DNA of 64,000 nt from positions 210 to 64,209 of the forward strand of contig MFHU01000004.1 of NCBI GenBank assembly GCA_001778695.1. Reading direction: 5' to 3'. The notes beneath the pieces are model-generated. The model did not search any database. It was not told the DNA's origin and saw nothing but the letters and a program-made list of their open reading frames with translations. Each line of letters begins with the position of its first letter. The first letter of the stretch is position 1. The translations under genes and the position numbers were made by a program. Below are positions 29,765 through 38,896 of the stretch, one piece after another. This stretch comes from Candidatus Giovannonibacteria bacterium RIFCSPHIGHO2_12_FULL_44_22. GTDB taxonomy: Bacteria > Patescibacteriota > Minisyncoccia > UBA11713 > 2-01-FULL-45-33.

Positions 29765-30004
29765 ATGAAATATTTTGAGCGGATAGAAGTAAATCCAAAG
29801 ATTATGATGGGTAAGCCCGTAATTAGAGGCACGCGCATTCCAGTGTACGTTATTTTAAATTTGCTGGCTGAAGGATACAACGAAAAAGAGGTACAAAAAG
29901 AGTACCCAGATCTTGGAAAAGCAGATATTTTGGCGGCCTTGCGGTTTGCTGCGCTTACAACGCAGTTTGAGGAACTTCGAAAAGAACCGCAATTTGCGAG
30001 ATAA
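29765..30004 (+). CDS. DUF433 family protein (putative antitoxin)
   Basis: MGKPVIRGTRIPVYVILNLLAEGYNEKEVQKEYPDLGKADILAALRFAA. Confidence 0.55.
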   Translation: MKYFERIEVNPKIMMGKPVIRGTRIPVYVILNLLAEGYNEKEVQKEYPDLGKADILAALRFAALTTQFEELRKEPQFAR

Positions 30005-30006
30005 AC

Positions 30007-30381
30007 ATGACGCTCTTTCTTTTGGACGAAAACTTATCTCCGCATTTGGCAATTTGGTTAAGACATTTAGGTTACGCGGCTAAAGCGGCGCGAGAAACAA
30101 ATCTTAAAGGAAGAAGTGACGAAGATGTTGTAAGATGGGCGCAAAAACATAAAGCTGTTATTTTAACCTCCGATTTGGATTTCGGAGAATTTTTTTACGG
30201 GAAAAGCTTAGGAGCTTTCGGCGTTATTATTTTAAGAAGCAGATCTCAAGGCATAGATTCGTTTAAAAAAATACTTAAAACGCTTCACGCCGGCAAGGTC
30301 TTAAAAGATAAGAGGCTTATTAGCTCTCTATTGGTGGCTGATGAAAACAATTATCGTTGGCGGAAATTCAATATAGAATGA
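30007..30381 (+). CDS. DUF5615 (Mut7-C/PIN-like) protein (putative toxin)
   Basis: MTLFLLDENLSPHL...ILTSDLDFGEF; typical partner of DUF433. Confidence 0.55.
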   Translation: MTLFLLDENLSPHLAIWLRHLGYAAKAARETNLKGRSDEDVVRWAQKHKAVILTSDLDFGEFFYGKSLGAFGVIILRSRSQGIDSFKKILKTLHAGKVLKDKRLISSLLVADENNYRWRKFNIE

Positions 30382-30393
30382 TATAATATAATA

Positions 30394-30966
30394 ATGGACG
30401 GGAAGCATATACATTTGAAGTATAAAATTTGCGTGTCTGGGGCGGCGGAGACGGGACATTGCGCCCCGGGCACTTTGGAAAAGGCCAAAATTTTGGGTGA
30501 AGAAATCGCTAAACATAAAGCAATTTTAGTGAACGGCGCTACAACCGGGTTTCCAATGTGGGCGGCAATCGGCGCCAAAGAGGCCGGCGGTTTTACCATC
30601 GGGCTTTCTCCGGCAAGTACAGAAAAAGAGCATGTTGAAGCTTACCATCTGCCGGTTGATTATATGGATATAATACTTTACACCGGCTTTGGATACTCCG
30701 GAAGGAATTTGTTTTTGACGCGCTCGGCCGACGCTGCGATCGTGGGCTGCGGCCGTTGGGGGACGATTAACGAGTTTTCCATCGCTTTGGAAGACGGCAA
30801 ACCCATCGGCGTTTTGGAGGGAGCTGGCGGGAGCACGGATGTGATAAAAGATATTATAGAAAAATCCGCCCGCGGCCCGGGAAATATTGTTTATGACGCC
30901 GATCCAAAAAAATTGGTTGAAAAAGTTTTGGAGCTAGTCAAAAAAGAAAAAATTATTAAAGTTTAA
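30394..30966 (+). CDS. TIGR00725/LOG-family Rossmann-fold protein
   Basis: ICVSGAAETGHCAP...LVNGATTGFPMWAAIGAKEAGGFTIGLSP. Confidence 0.6.
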   Translation: MDGKHIHLKYKICVSGAAETGHCAPGTLEKAKILGEEIAKHKAILVNGATTGFPMWAAIGAKEAGGFTIGLSPASTEKEHVEAYHLPVDYMDIILYTGFGYSGRNLFLTRSADAAIVGCGRWGTINEFSIALEDGKPIGVLEGAGGSTDVIKDIIEKSARGPGNIVYDADPKKLVEKVLELVKKEKIIKV

Positions 30967-32102
30967 TGATATTTCGGATATCTCCATTTTGGGAGGCGAT
31001 AGGAATTACAGGAAGCGTGATTATTGGCTCCGGCATATTTATACTGCCTTATGCGGTGAGCATCTCCGGCCTTTGGGCGGCATTAGGCATGGGAGCGCTC
31101 GCGCTGTTTTTGGTGCTTTCAATTCATTTGGCCTACGGAGAAATAGTATCCAATACGGAGGAGCGGCACCGGCTTCCCGGATACGCGCGGCTGTATTTAG
31201 GGAAATTTGCCGGCAATTTATCCAAAGCCACCGAACTTTTGCTGTTTAACGCCGTGCTTTTGACTTACGGCATTTTAGGAGGTAAATTTCTTTCCGTGGT
31301 TTTCGGGGGGAACTCCACGGCTTGGTCGCTTCTTTTTTTTGCGGCCGCCGCTTTGGTCTTGCTCTATTCACACGTAGAGCGCATCGGCTCAATAAATTTT
31401 TTAATTATGAGCGTGGTTATATTAATGGAATTGGCCATCGCGTTTTTATCTTTTAAGGCGGGCTCTTTTTCTAATCTGCCTTTATCCGGGCGCGACCCGT
31501 TTTTTTCTTTTGGCGTGTTTGTGTTCGCGTTGGCGGGCCTTTCTATTATTGCCGACGCTAGAGAAATTTTTAGGCGGGGCAATATTGAGCATAAACTTAA
31601 ATCAGTGATTATTTTAATCACATCTCTCCCGCTTTTGCTTTATTTTATTTTTATAGTGTCAGTGCTGATGGCAACCGGCATGGACGCGACCAAGGATGTT
31701 TTTTCCGGCTTGGCCAAGGTCTTAGGCAGCCGCGTCATCATGGCCGGCGCGTTTATCGGCGCGTTTTCAATGTTTTCTTCTTTTTTGGCTTTGGGGTATG
31801 ACCTTAAAAAAATCTACGAGCTGGACATTGCCTTACCGAAGCTTATGTCTTGGGCTTTGGCGGCGCTGCTTCCCGCGGCAGTTTTTATTTTAATCAGGAT
31901 TGACTTTGTGAAATTGGTGTCTATTGTTGGCGGAATATTTATCGCAATTGATGGCATCTTGGTTTTTTTTATTTTAAGAAAAATGCGCGCGCAGGGCCTC
32001 TCGCGCGTCAAATTTCTCCCATTCGGGTTTTTACAAAGGGCGCTTCTCCTGCCCATTTTGGTTTTGAGCATAGTTTATGAAATTATTTATCAGATTTTTT
32101 AA
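30966..32102 (+). CDS. Polytopic membrane protein, probable amino-acid/aromatic permease-like transporter
   Basis: ~11 TM helices, 378 aa. Confidence 0.45.
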   Translation: MIFRISPFWEAIGITGSVIIGSGIFILPYAVSISGLWAALGMGALALFLVLSIHLAYGEIVSNTEERHRLPGYARLYLGKFAGNLSKATELLLFNAVLLTYGILGGKFLSVVFGGNSTAWSLLFFAAAALVLLYSHVERIGSINFLIMSVVILMELAIAFLSFKAGSFSNLPLSGRDPFFSFGVFVFALAGLSIIADAREIFRRGNIEHKLKSVIILITSLPLLLYFIFIVSVLMATGMDATKDVFSGLAKVLGSRVIMAGAFIGAFSMFSSFLALGYDLKKIYELDIALPKLMSWALAALLPAAVFILIRIDFVKLVSIVGGIFIAIDGILVFFILRKMRAQGLSRVKFLPFGFLQRALLLPILVLSIVYEIIYQIF

Positions 32103-32104
32103 AT

Positions 32105-34777
32105 ATGAATCAGTGGCACGCCAAAACAATTCCCGAAATTCTTGATGCGCTTCATTCGCGCGAACAGGGCTTAACAAAAGAAGAAGCAACGAAACGTCTC
32201 AAAGAATATGGCCAGAATTATCTTCCCGAAGGTAAGGTAACGAGCCTCCACATTATTTTTCTGCGCCAGTTCCAAAGTCCGCTGATTTACATTCTTCTTG
32301 CGGCAAGCATAATTGTTTTTGCGATGGGAGAAACAATAGACGGCTCAATCATTCTCACAGTTCTTATTTTCAATGCCATTGTCGGGACCATCCAAGAGGG
32401 CAAGGCGCAAAACACGCTTCGGGCGCTCAAGAAATTCGTAGAGACGAAAGCAACCGTGCTTCGCGAAGGAAAAGAGCTTATTATCTCTGACAGCGAAGTG
32501 GTGCCAGGCGATATTATTATTCTGCAGGAAGGCGATAAAGCGCCAGCGGACGCGCGAATCATCGCGGCCGCGAACCTCAAAATTGACGAAGCGGCTCTTA
32601 CGGGCGAATCAGAGCCGGTGCATAAAATTGCCGATACTCTGGAGAGAGATGGCTTGCCAATTACGGAGCAGAAAAACATGATTTTCAAAGGGACGCATGT
32701 TCTTGCCGGAAACGGCAGAGCGATTGTGGTGGCAACTGGCATTGAGACAGTCATTGGAAAAATTTCAAAGGAGATTGCGGCGATTGATACCGAAATTCCT
32801 CTCAAGACAAACATCCGTTATCTTTCACGGCTTATTATTATCACAGTCGCAGGTATCAGCGCTCTCTTGTTTTTTCTCGGCATTGTTTCGGGAAAATCGG
32901 TAAAAGAAATGTTTACTACTATAGTTTCGCTTTCTGTTTCTATCATCCCCGAAGGGCTGCCTATTGTGATGACATTAATACTCGCCACTGGCGTATGGAG
33001 AATGTCAAAGCGAAATGCTCTGGTAAAAAAACTTCAGGCGGTAGAAGCATTGGGGCAAGCACGCGTGATTGCGGTTGATAAAACCGGAACCATCACCAAA
33101 AACGAGATGGTAATCCAGAAAGTGTACCTGGACGGCAAATTTTTCGAAATAGGCGGCATCGGCTACGAACCGAAAGGAGCAATTCAATTAAACGGGAATG
33201 TGGTTGATTCGGTTAATCACCCAGAACTTCTTTTTGCGGGGAAAATCGCCGCTTTTTGCGCAAGCGCCCACGTGATGTTTTCTGAAGAAGAGAAAGTATG
33301 GCGCGTTGCCGGCGACCCAACTGAAGCGGCAATGCTCGTGCTCGCCCAAAAGCTCGGTTTTTACAAGGATGATTTAGAGCGGGAGTCGCCGCTTGTTGGC
33401 GAGATTCCGTTTGATTACAAACTCAAGTATCACGCGACGATTCACCGATTTGACGGCCAAAAGTTTTTAGCCGTTGTTGGCGCGCCGGAAGTAATTTTAA
33501 ACCTTTCTCAAATATCAAAAGAAGAAAAACAAAAATTGGAATCTGTTTTTCTCTCTATGTCGCAAGAAGGGTTGCGGATTATCGCGTTAGCTGAAACTCG
33601 CGACGCGCCGGAAATACTTGCGCCAGAAGAAATTAAATCACTTACTTTTGTAGGATTTTTCGGCATGAAAGACGCGCTTCGGCCAGAGGTGGCGGGAGCT
33701 ATGCAAAAAGCGGTTTCTGCCGGCATCCGAGTGGTAATGATAACAGGAGATCATAAAGTTACGGCGCGGGCGATCGCCAAAGAGGCCGGCATTTATCAAG
33801 ATGGCGATACTATTCTTACAGGACAAGACATTGACGCTTTTTCCGACAACGAGCTTTCCGAAAAATTGGCCGGAACCTCGGTATTCGCGCGAGTAACGCC
33901 GGAACACAAATTGAGAATTATCAAGGCGTATAAGGCGCGCGGGGAAATTGTCGCCATGACCGGAGACGGCGTAAATGACGCCCCCTCGCTCGTTGCCGCC
34001 GACCTTGGCGTGGCAATGGGAAAGATCGGCACGGAGGTGGCAAAAGAAGCTTCGGATATAGTGCTTCTTGACGACAACTTTGGAAGCATTGTTTCTGCAG
34101 TAGAAGAAGGGCGAAGTATTTACAAAACAATTAAAAAAGTAATCCTCTATCTCTTCTCCACCAGCTTGGGAGAAGCGTTGACCATCACAGGCGCGCTTCT
34201 CTTGGGTTATCCTCTCCCTCTTTTGCCGGCGCAGATTATTTGGCTCAACTTTGTTACCGATGGTTTCCTTGATGTGGCGCTTGCCATGGAGCCGAAAGAA
34301 GAAGGACTGCTTCGCGGCAACTTCGAGCGGCCCAAAAAGTATCTGGTAGACAAACTTATGGCGCAGAGAATGTTTATCATGGCTATACCTATGATGATTG
34401 GAACACTGTTTCTTTTTCAGAAATATTTTTCCGCCGGAGGCGGATCCGCCTTTGGCGGAGAAAACGATCTTGCCAAGGCTTGGACAATTTCGCTCACCAC
34501 ACTCGCGGTATTTCAATGGTTCAACGCCTGGAACTGCCGGCACGAATCAAAATCCATTTTCCAAATGAATCCCTTTTCCAACAAATTCTTGGTGGGGGCA
34601 ACGCTTATCATTATCTCCTTGCAGCTTTTAGTGATTTATAATCCGCTCATGCAAAAAATTCTCCGAACCATCGAACTCTCTTTTTCAGAATGGGCGATTA
34701 TTATTCCGATTGCCGCTTCTATCGTTCTTGTCGAGGAAATAAGAAAATTCTTTTATCGGAGAAAAATGGTAACATGA
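32105..34777 (+). CDS. Cation-transporting P-type ATPase (type IIA-like)
   Basis: DKTGTITKN phosphorylation site, TGDGVNDAPSL hinge; contains a 30-nt palindromic in-frame insert. Confidence 0.92.
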   Translation: MNQWHAKTIPEILDALHSREQGLTKEEATKRLKEYGQNYLPEGKVTSLHIIFLRQFQSPLIYILLAASIIVFAMGETIDGSIILTVLIFNAIVGTIQEGKAQNTLRALKKFVETKATVLREGKELIISDSEVVPGDIIILQEGDKAPADARIIAAANLKIDEAALTGESEPVHKIADTLERDGLPITEQKNMIFKGTHVLAGNGRAIVVATGIETVIGKISKEIAAIDTEIPLKTNIRYLSRLIIITVAGISALLFFLGIVSGKSVKEMFTTIVSLSVSIIPEGLPIVMTLILATGVWRMSKRNALVKKLQAVEALGQARVIAVDKTGTITKNEMVIQKVYLDGKFFEIGGIGYEPKGAIQLNGNVVDSVNHPELLFAGKIAAFCASAHVMFSEEEKVWRVAGDPTEAAMLVLAQKLGFYKDDLERESPLVGEIPFDYKLKYHATIHRFDGQKFLAVVGAPEVILNLSQISKEEKQKLESVFLSMSQEGLRIIALAETRDAPEILAPEEIKSLTFVGFFGMKDALRPEVAGAMQKAVSAGIRVVMITGDHKVTARAIAKEAGIYQDGDTILTGQDIDAFSDNELSEKLAGTSVFARVTPEHKLRIIKAYKARGEIVAMTGDGVNDAPSLVAADLGVAMGKIGTEVAKEASDIVLLDDNFGSIVSAVEEGRSIYKTIKKVILYLFSTSLGEALTITGALLLGYPLPLLPAQIIWLNFVTDGFLDVALAMEPKEEGLLRGNFERPKKYLVDKLMAQRMFIMAIPMMIGTLFLFQKYFSAGGGSAFGGENDLAKAWTISLTTLAVFQWFNAWNCRHESKSIFQMNPFSNKFLVGATLIIISLQLLVIYNPLMQKILRTIELSFSEWAIIIPIAASIVLVEEIRKFFYRRKMVT
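34430..34459. repeat. 30-nt double-hairpin palindromic element, in-frame in P-type ATPase
   Basis: TCCGCCGGAGGCGGATCCGCCTTTGGCGGA encodes SAGGGSAFGG. Confidence 0.9.
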
Positions 34778-34962
34778 ATATAAAAATCACGATCAAAAAA
34801 ATAATCGGTGTTCTCTTAATCGTTATTGGTTTGCTTGCCCTTATAACTCCTTTTACGCCGGGCTCGTGGCTTATTTTTATAGGTTTAGAGTTTTTTGGCT
34901 TTCGCGTTTTGTTTTGGGATAGATTAAAGGCATGGTTTAGCAACAAACAAAAACATGATTGA
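34774..34962 (+). CDS. Small membrane protein (62 aa, PGPGW-like hairpin)
   Basis: MNIKITIKKIIGVLLIVIGLLALITPFTPGSWLIFIGLEFFG; ATG overlaps ATPase stop. Confidence 0.4.
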   Translation: MNIKITIKKIIGVLLIVIGLLALITPFTPGSWLIFIGLEFFGFRVLFWDRLKAWFSNKQKHD

Positions 34963-35569
34963 TTTACTAATTGGTTTTGATCTCGTTGCGATTATAAAAT
35001 CGGTTGGATATATCGGCCTTTTTACCATAATTTTTGCGGAGTCGGGTCTCTTTATCGGATTTTTCCTGCCGGGCGATTCTTTACTTTTTACTGCGGGTTT
35101 CTTGGCCTCGCAGGGTTTCTTGAATATCTGGCTTCTTTCTTTGCTCACTTTTTTTGGGGCCATTTTAGGAGATAATTTCGGCTATGCTTTCGGGAAAAAA
35201 GTTGGGCCGGCGATTTTTAAGCGCGAAGATTCGTGGTTTTTCCATAAAGACCACTTGGAGCGCGCTAGGATTTTTTATGAAAAGCATGGAGCAAAAACTT
35301 TGGTGCTTGCCCGTTTTTTGCCGATTATCCGCACTTTCGCACCGATTTTGGCCGGAGTCGGCCAGATGCATTATCGGACATTCTTTTTTTATAATGTTTT
35401 TGGTGGCTTTCTTTGGGCGATTGGAATGACCTGGCTGGGCTATTTCTTGGGCGCCACAGTTCCTAACATAGACAAATATCTTATCCCGATAATTTTAGCG
35501 ATTATTATTGTTTCTGTTTTGCCAACACTAATTCATATTTTAAGAAATAGAAATTACACACGGAAATAA
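34955..35569 (+). CDS. DedA family membrane protein
   Basis: GYIGLFTIIFAESGLFIGFFLPGDSLLFTAG. Confidence 0.8.
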   Translation: MIDLLIGFDLVAIIKSVGYIGLFTIIFAESGLFIGFFLPGDSLLFTAGFLASQGFLNIWLLSLLTFFGAILGDNFGYAFGKKVGPAIFKREDSWFFHKDHLERARIFYEKHGAKTLVLARFLPIIRTFAPILAGVGQMHYRTFFFYNVFGGFLWAIGMTWLGYFLGATVPNIDKYLIPIILAIIIVSVLPTLIHILRNRNYTRK

Positions 35570-35597
35570 AATTGATGTTTACAGAAACCAAACTAAA

Positions 35598-35632
35598 CAA
35601 TATTAACCGATCGGCACAATTGTTTAGTATAG
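35598..35632. promoter_or_regulatory. Palindromic site CTAAACAAT-N17(CGATCGG)-ATTGTTTAG upstream of the 35637 gene
   Basis: Perfect 9-bp inverted repeat; related copy immediately downstream of the same gene. Confidence 0.5.
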
Positions 35633-35636
35633 ATAT

Positions 35637-36200
35637 ATGAAATCAAATAGGAAGATTTTAAAGAGAAATCCTGTTTTTATAAGGCCGACCATAGCCGCTC
35701 TTATTCTTAAAAAGCTTACCGAGGTTGGCTACGGCACAATAAATGCATTTTTTCCGGCAAAATATCCAGAAGCTAGAATATGGAGGCGGATTTTGGGGCT
35801 GGATAAAACTTACAAGTTTTCCAAACAAACTTTCCATTCCGTACTATGGCGTCTTCAAAAACAAAAACTTGTTGAACGCGATATTAAAGGATGGAATATT
35901 ACGGAGTTGGGGCGAAAATTGGTTGGCAAGGTAAAATATACTCCGCAAGCCGCTTTGCCAAAAGAGGATGGTATTATTCGGCTTGTAATTTTTGATATAC
36001 CAGAATATGAGAGAAAGAAACGTGTTTGGCTGCGGTTGGAATTGATTGCCCACAGATTTAAGATTTTACAAAAAAGCGTGTGGATAGGTTATCGCCCTTT
36101 ACCGCAGGAATTATTAGAATCTTTGGAAGATTTAAGTCTGCAAAAATTTGTTCACATTATCAGTATTGAGCACTCTGGCACCTTAGAAAATGCTGACTAA
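35637..36200 (+). CDS. PaaX-like protein: N-terminal winged-helix + C-terminal Cas2/VapD-like domain
   Basis: C-terminal RLVIFDIPEYERKKRVWLRLELIAHRFKILQKSVWIGY fits the Cas2-like (PaaX_C) pattern. Confidence 0.45.
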   Translation: MKSNRKILKRNPVFIRPTIAALILKKLTEVGYGTINAFFPAKYPEARIWRRILGLDKTYKFSKQTFHSVLWRLQKQKLVERDIKGWNITELGRKLVGKVKYTPQAALPKEDGIIRLVIFDIPEYERKKRVWLRLELIAHRFKILQKSVWIGYRPLPQELLESLEDLSLQKFVHIISIEHSGTLENAD

Positions 36201-36236
36201 ACATTTATAACGATCGGACAAAAATGTTTAGTAGTT
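36201..36236. promoter_or_regulatory. Second palindromic site CTAAACATTT-N-AAATGTTTAG (related to 35598..35632)
   Basis: 10-bp perfect inverted repeat, CGATCGG core conserved; followed by T-run (possible terminator). Confidence 0.5.
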
Positions 36237-36289
36237 ATTTTTTAATAAACTAAGTTGTTTTTTGGCTTGGGCGGTGATAAAGTAGCAAT

Positions 36290-36826
36290 ATGATCAGAAT
36301 CCTCATTATAAATGCGTCTCCTAAAATTAAAGGACATACCAGTGGACTTCTGGAAATTTTTAAACGGGAAGCTCAAAAAAGAGGAGCAAAAATTGATGTG
36401 CTGTTTCTTTATCATGAAAAAGTTAAGCCGATTAGCGGAAAATTAGGCAAAAAATTTGATTCGATCCCAAAATTCTTGAAAAAAGTTTTAGATGCCGACG
36501 GTGTAGTTATTGGAACACCAACTTATTGGTTTAACGTGCCGGGGACTTTGAAAAATTTTATTGATCAACTTACTATTTTAGAAGAAAGCGGATTTTTGTT
36601 AGAAGGGAAAGTTGCTGGATTTATAGTTTATGCCCCTCAGGGTGGCAGTACGAATGTGCTTTCCGGTCTCGCGCTCACCGCTTCTCATATGGGTATGGTT
36701 CTCCCGCCCTATTCGCTAATTTTTGATGATGGCAGAAAGGACAAATGGGTTAAAGACGATATTAAACTTTTGGCAAAGAATATGCTTTTGCAGATTAAAG
36801 CTCAAAAAGATTTTGATATTAACTAA
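36290..36826 (+). CDS. Flavodoxin-like NAD(P)H-dependent FMN reductase family protein
   Basis: MIRILIINASPKIKGHTSGL... Confidence 0.7.
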   Translation: MIRILIINASPKIKGHTSGLLEIFKREAQKRGAKIDVLFLYHEKVKPISGKLGKKFDSIPKFLKKVLDADGVVIGTPTYWFNVPGTLKNFIDQLTILEESGFLLEGKVAGFIVYAPQGGSTNVLSGLALTASHMGMVLPPYSLIFDDGRKDKWVKDDIKLLAKNMLLQIKAQKDFDIN

Positions 36827-36830
36827 GGTT

Positions 36831-37418
36831 ATGGAAAATAAAAAGGAGGCGTTAGATAAATTAAAAAAAGAAATGGAGGACGATAAAGAACTGCCGCTTT
36901 ATGGCCAAGCCAATTTGGTTTTTGGGGAAGGAAACTCGGAAGCGGAGGTAATGTTTATCGGAGAAGCCCCTGGGTTTCATGAGGACAAATTTATGCGCCC
37001 GTTTGTGGGGCAAGCCGGAAAACTTTTGGATAAGCTTTTTGTTTTGATTAACTGGCCGCGCGAGTCGGTTTATATTACCAATATCGTAAAACGGCGTCCG
37101 CCGGAAAACCGCGACCCTTTACCGGAGGAAATTGAGGCCTATAAATCTTATTTAAAAAAACAAATCCAAGTTATCAACCCAAAGATTATCGCAACCTTGG
37201 GAAGATTTTCAATGAATTATTTTCTGCCTGATTTTAAAATCTCTCAAAGCCATGGAAAGGGCGTCATATTGCGCGGAAAAATTATTTATCCTTTATATCA
37301 TCCCGCCGCCGCTTTGCGCGCCACGGCTATTCTTAAAGAATTAGAGGCGGATTTTAAAAAACTACCTACATTACTAAAAAATTACGATAATGTTAAAGCG
37401 GAGGCAAAGATAGAATAA
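36831..37418 (+). CDS. Uracil-DNA glycosylase, family 4
   Basis: GEAPGFHEDKFMRPFVGQAGKLL motif; C-terminal HPAA motif. Confidence 0.8.
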   Translation: MENKKEALDKLKKEMEDDKELPLYGQANLVFGEGNSEAEVMFIGEAPGFHEDKFMRPFVGQAGKLLDKLFVLINWPRESVYITNIVKRRPPENRDPLPEEIEAYKSYLKKQIQVINPKIIATLGRFSMNYFLPDFKISQSHGKGVILRGKIIYPLYHPAAALRATAILKELEADFKKLPTLLKNYDNVKAEAKIE

Positions 37419-37459
37419 CCAACAAAACAGACTTCACTTTTCTAGTTTTATCGGTTATT

Positions 37460-37720
37460 ATGGGCTATATGCCAACATTAACCATTACATTACCGCCCGC
37501 ATATTCGGAAAAAGCAAAAGAGCAGGCAAAAAGGGAGGGGTTTAAAAGCCCTGCCCTTTGGTTGCGGTTTTTAGTTGAAAGTCGCGTTAGCTTTGAAGAA
37601 TCTCCAAAACTTAAACCGTCACGAGTTATTTCTGAAATGCAAAAGGCCGGCCTTTATAAGGCAAACTTTCTGCGCGAATTAAAAAAATCTTTGGAGTATG
37701 CAGATAAGACCTATAAATGA
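37460..37720 (+). CDS. Putative antitoxin (RHH/ParD-like)
   Basis: Small, overlaps downstream RelE/ParE-like ORF by 23 nt. Confidence 0.35.
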   Translation: MGYMPTLTITLPPAYSEKAKEQAKREGFKSPALWLRFLVESRVSFEESPKLKPSRVISEMQKAGLYKANFLRELKKSLEYADKTYK

Positions 37721-37946
37721 GCTTGTTAAGAAACAGCTTGCAAAATGGAAGCTCTCCAGAAAATTTGAAAAGCAAATCAGAATTTTTGAGGTTGACCCAT
37801 CTCATACCAGTTTAAATACAGAAAAATTAGAGCCCAAATCAGTCGGGCTTTATTCTTTTAGAATAGATAAAAAATACCGCGCAATGTTTAGAATTAGAGA
37901 TGGCATTGCCGAGATAGTGCATATAACAAAACATTATCAGCAATAA
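37698..37946 (+). CDS. RelE/ParE-superfamily toxin-like protein
   Basis: LYSFRIDKKYRAMFRIRDGIAEIVHITKHY. Confidence 0.45.
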   Translation: MQIRPINELVKKQLAKWKLSRKFEKQIRIFEVDPSHTSLNTEKLEPKSVGLYSFRIDKKYRAMFRIRDGIAEIVHITKHYQQ

Positions 37947-37965
37947 AATTTGATATAATTTAAAG

Positions 37966-38622
37966 ATGCGCATCAAAATCAATATCACCGTAAACCGTGC
38001 CGTGCAGATTTTGCTTTTGTATCTGTTTTTCGTGGTGACATCCACCGCTCTTTTTGTGCCGATTTTTGCGGTATTCGTCACAGATTTTATCGGCGGCGCA
38101 ACTTTAAAAACTGTGGGTTTCGCGCTCGGGCTTTATGCGGTTGCGAAGTCCGTTTTGCAAGTTCCTCTGGCGAGATTTTTAGATAAACACAATGGCGAAC
38201 GCGACGATTTTTACGCTTTAATCACCGGCGCGATTGTCGCGGTCATTTATCCATTCGCGCTTCTGGGCGTTTCTAAAGTCTGGCATCTTTACGCGCTGGA
38301 AGCCTTTGTGGGCTTGGGAGACGCGGCGCTTATGGCCGCATATTATTCTTTGTTTGCGCGCCATGTGGATAAAGGAGCGGAGGGATTTGAATGGAGTTTA
38401 TTTAGCGTAGGCGGGCTGACAATTTCCAGCGCTATCGGAGGAGCGATTGGCGGAGTTTTGGCCGACGCTTTCGGATTTAAATTATTGTTTTTGATAAGCG
38501 GTATTGTGAATCTCGCGGTGCTTTTTTTGTTGATTCGTCTCTATCCCTTGCTTGACGGCGCCCGCCCAGTATCTTTGCCGCCGTTTACGCCGATTCCAAA
38601 AAATCCGATAACAAAACATTAA
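37966..38622 (+). CDS. MFS-like membrane protein, half-size (6 TM) - possible truncated transporter
   Basis: Resembles an MFS half; no N-terminal half present. Confidence 0.4.
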   Translation: MRIKINITVNRAVQILLLYLFFVVTSTALFVPIFAVFVTDFIGGATLKTVGFALGLYAVAKSVLQVPLARFLDKHNGERDDFYALITGAIVAVIYPFALLGVSKVWHLYALEAFVGLGDAALMAAYYSLFARHVDKGAEGFEWSLFSVGGLTISSAIGGAIGGVLADAFGFKLLFLISGIVNLAVLFLLIRLYPLLDGARPVSLPPFTPIPKNPITKH

Positions 38623-38896
38623 AGCAAAACTCCCTGTGCTATGACAGGGGTTGCGAGATTGATTATGGTTTGTTGTTTAAGAACAAATTATTTCGGTGCG
38701 AGCAAATGGCACACTGGTGCTCGATCGGAGCGCGTTTTGGCTTTAAAAAGCCATGTTTTAATACGCTATTTGCTTGCGCCAGCTCGATAAACAAGCGAAA
38801 ATAAATCTACTTTCATTATCCCAACAAATGAAAACTCGCGCAACATGGGGCTGTGGATAACATACAACCCTCGCTTTTTGGTGTTAAAATAATCTT

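Noticed and set aside
34441-34452. GGATCC (BamHI) palindromes as cloning/assembly artefacts
   Set aside because: They occur in-frame inside four different intact genes, with flanking hairpin arms, in both orientations.
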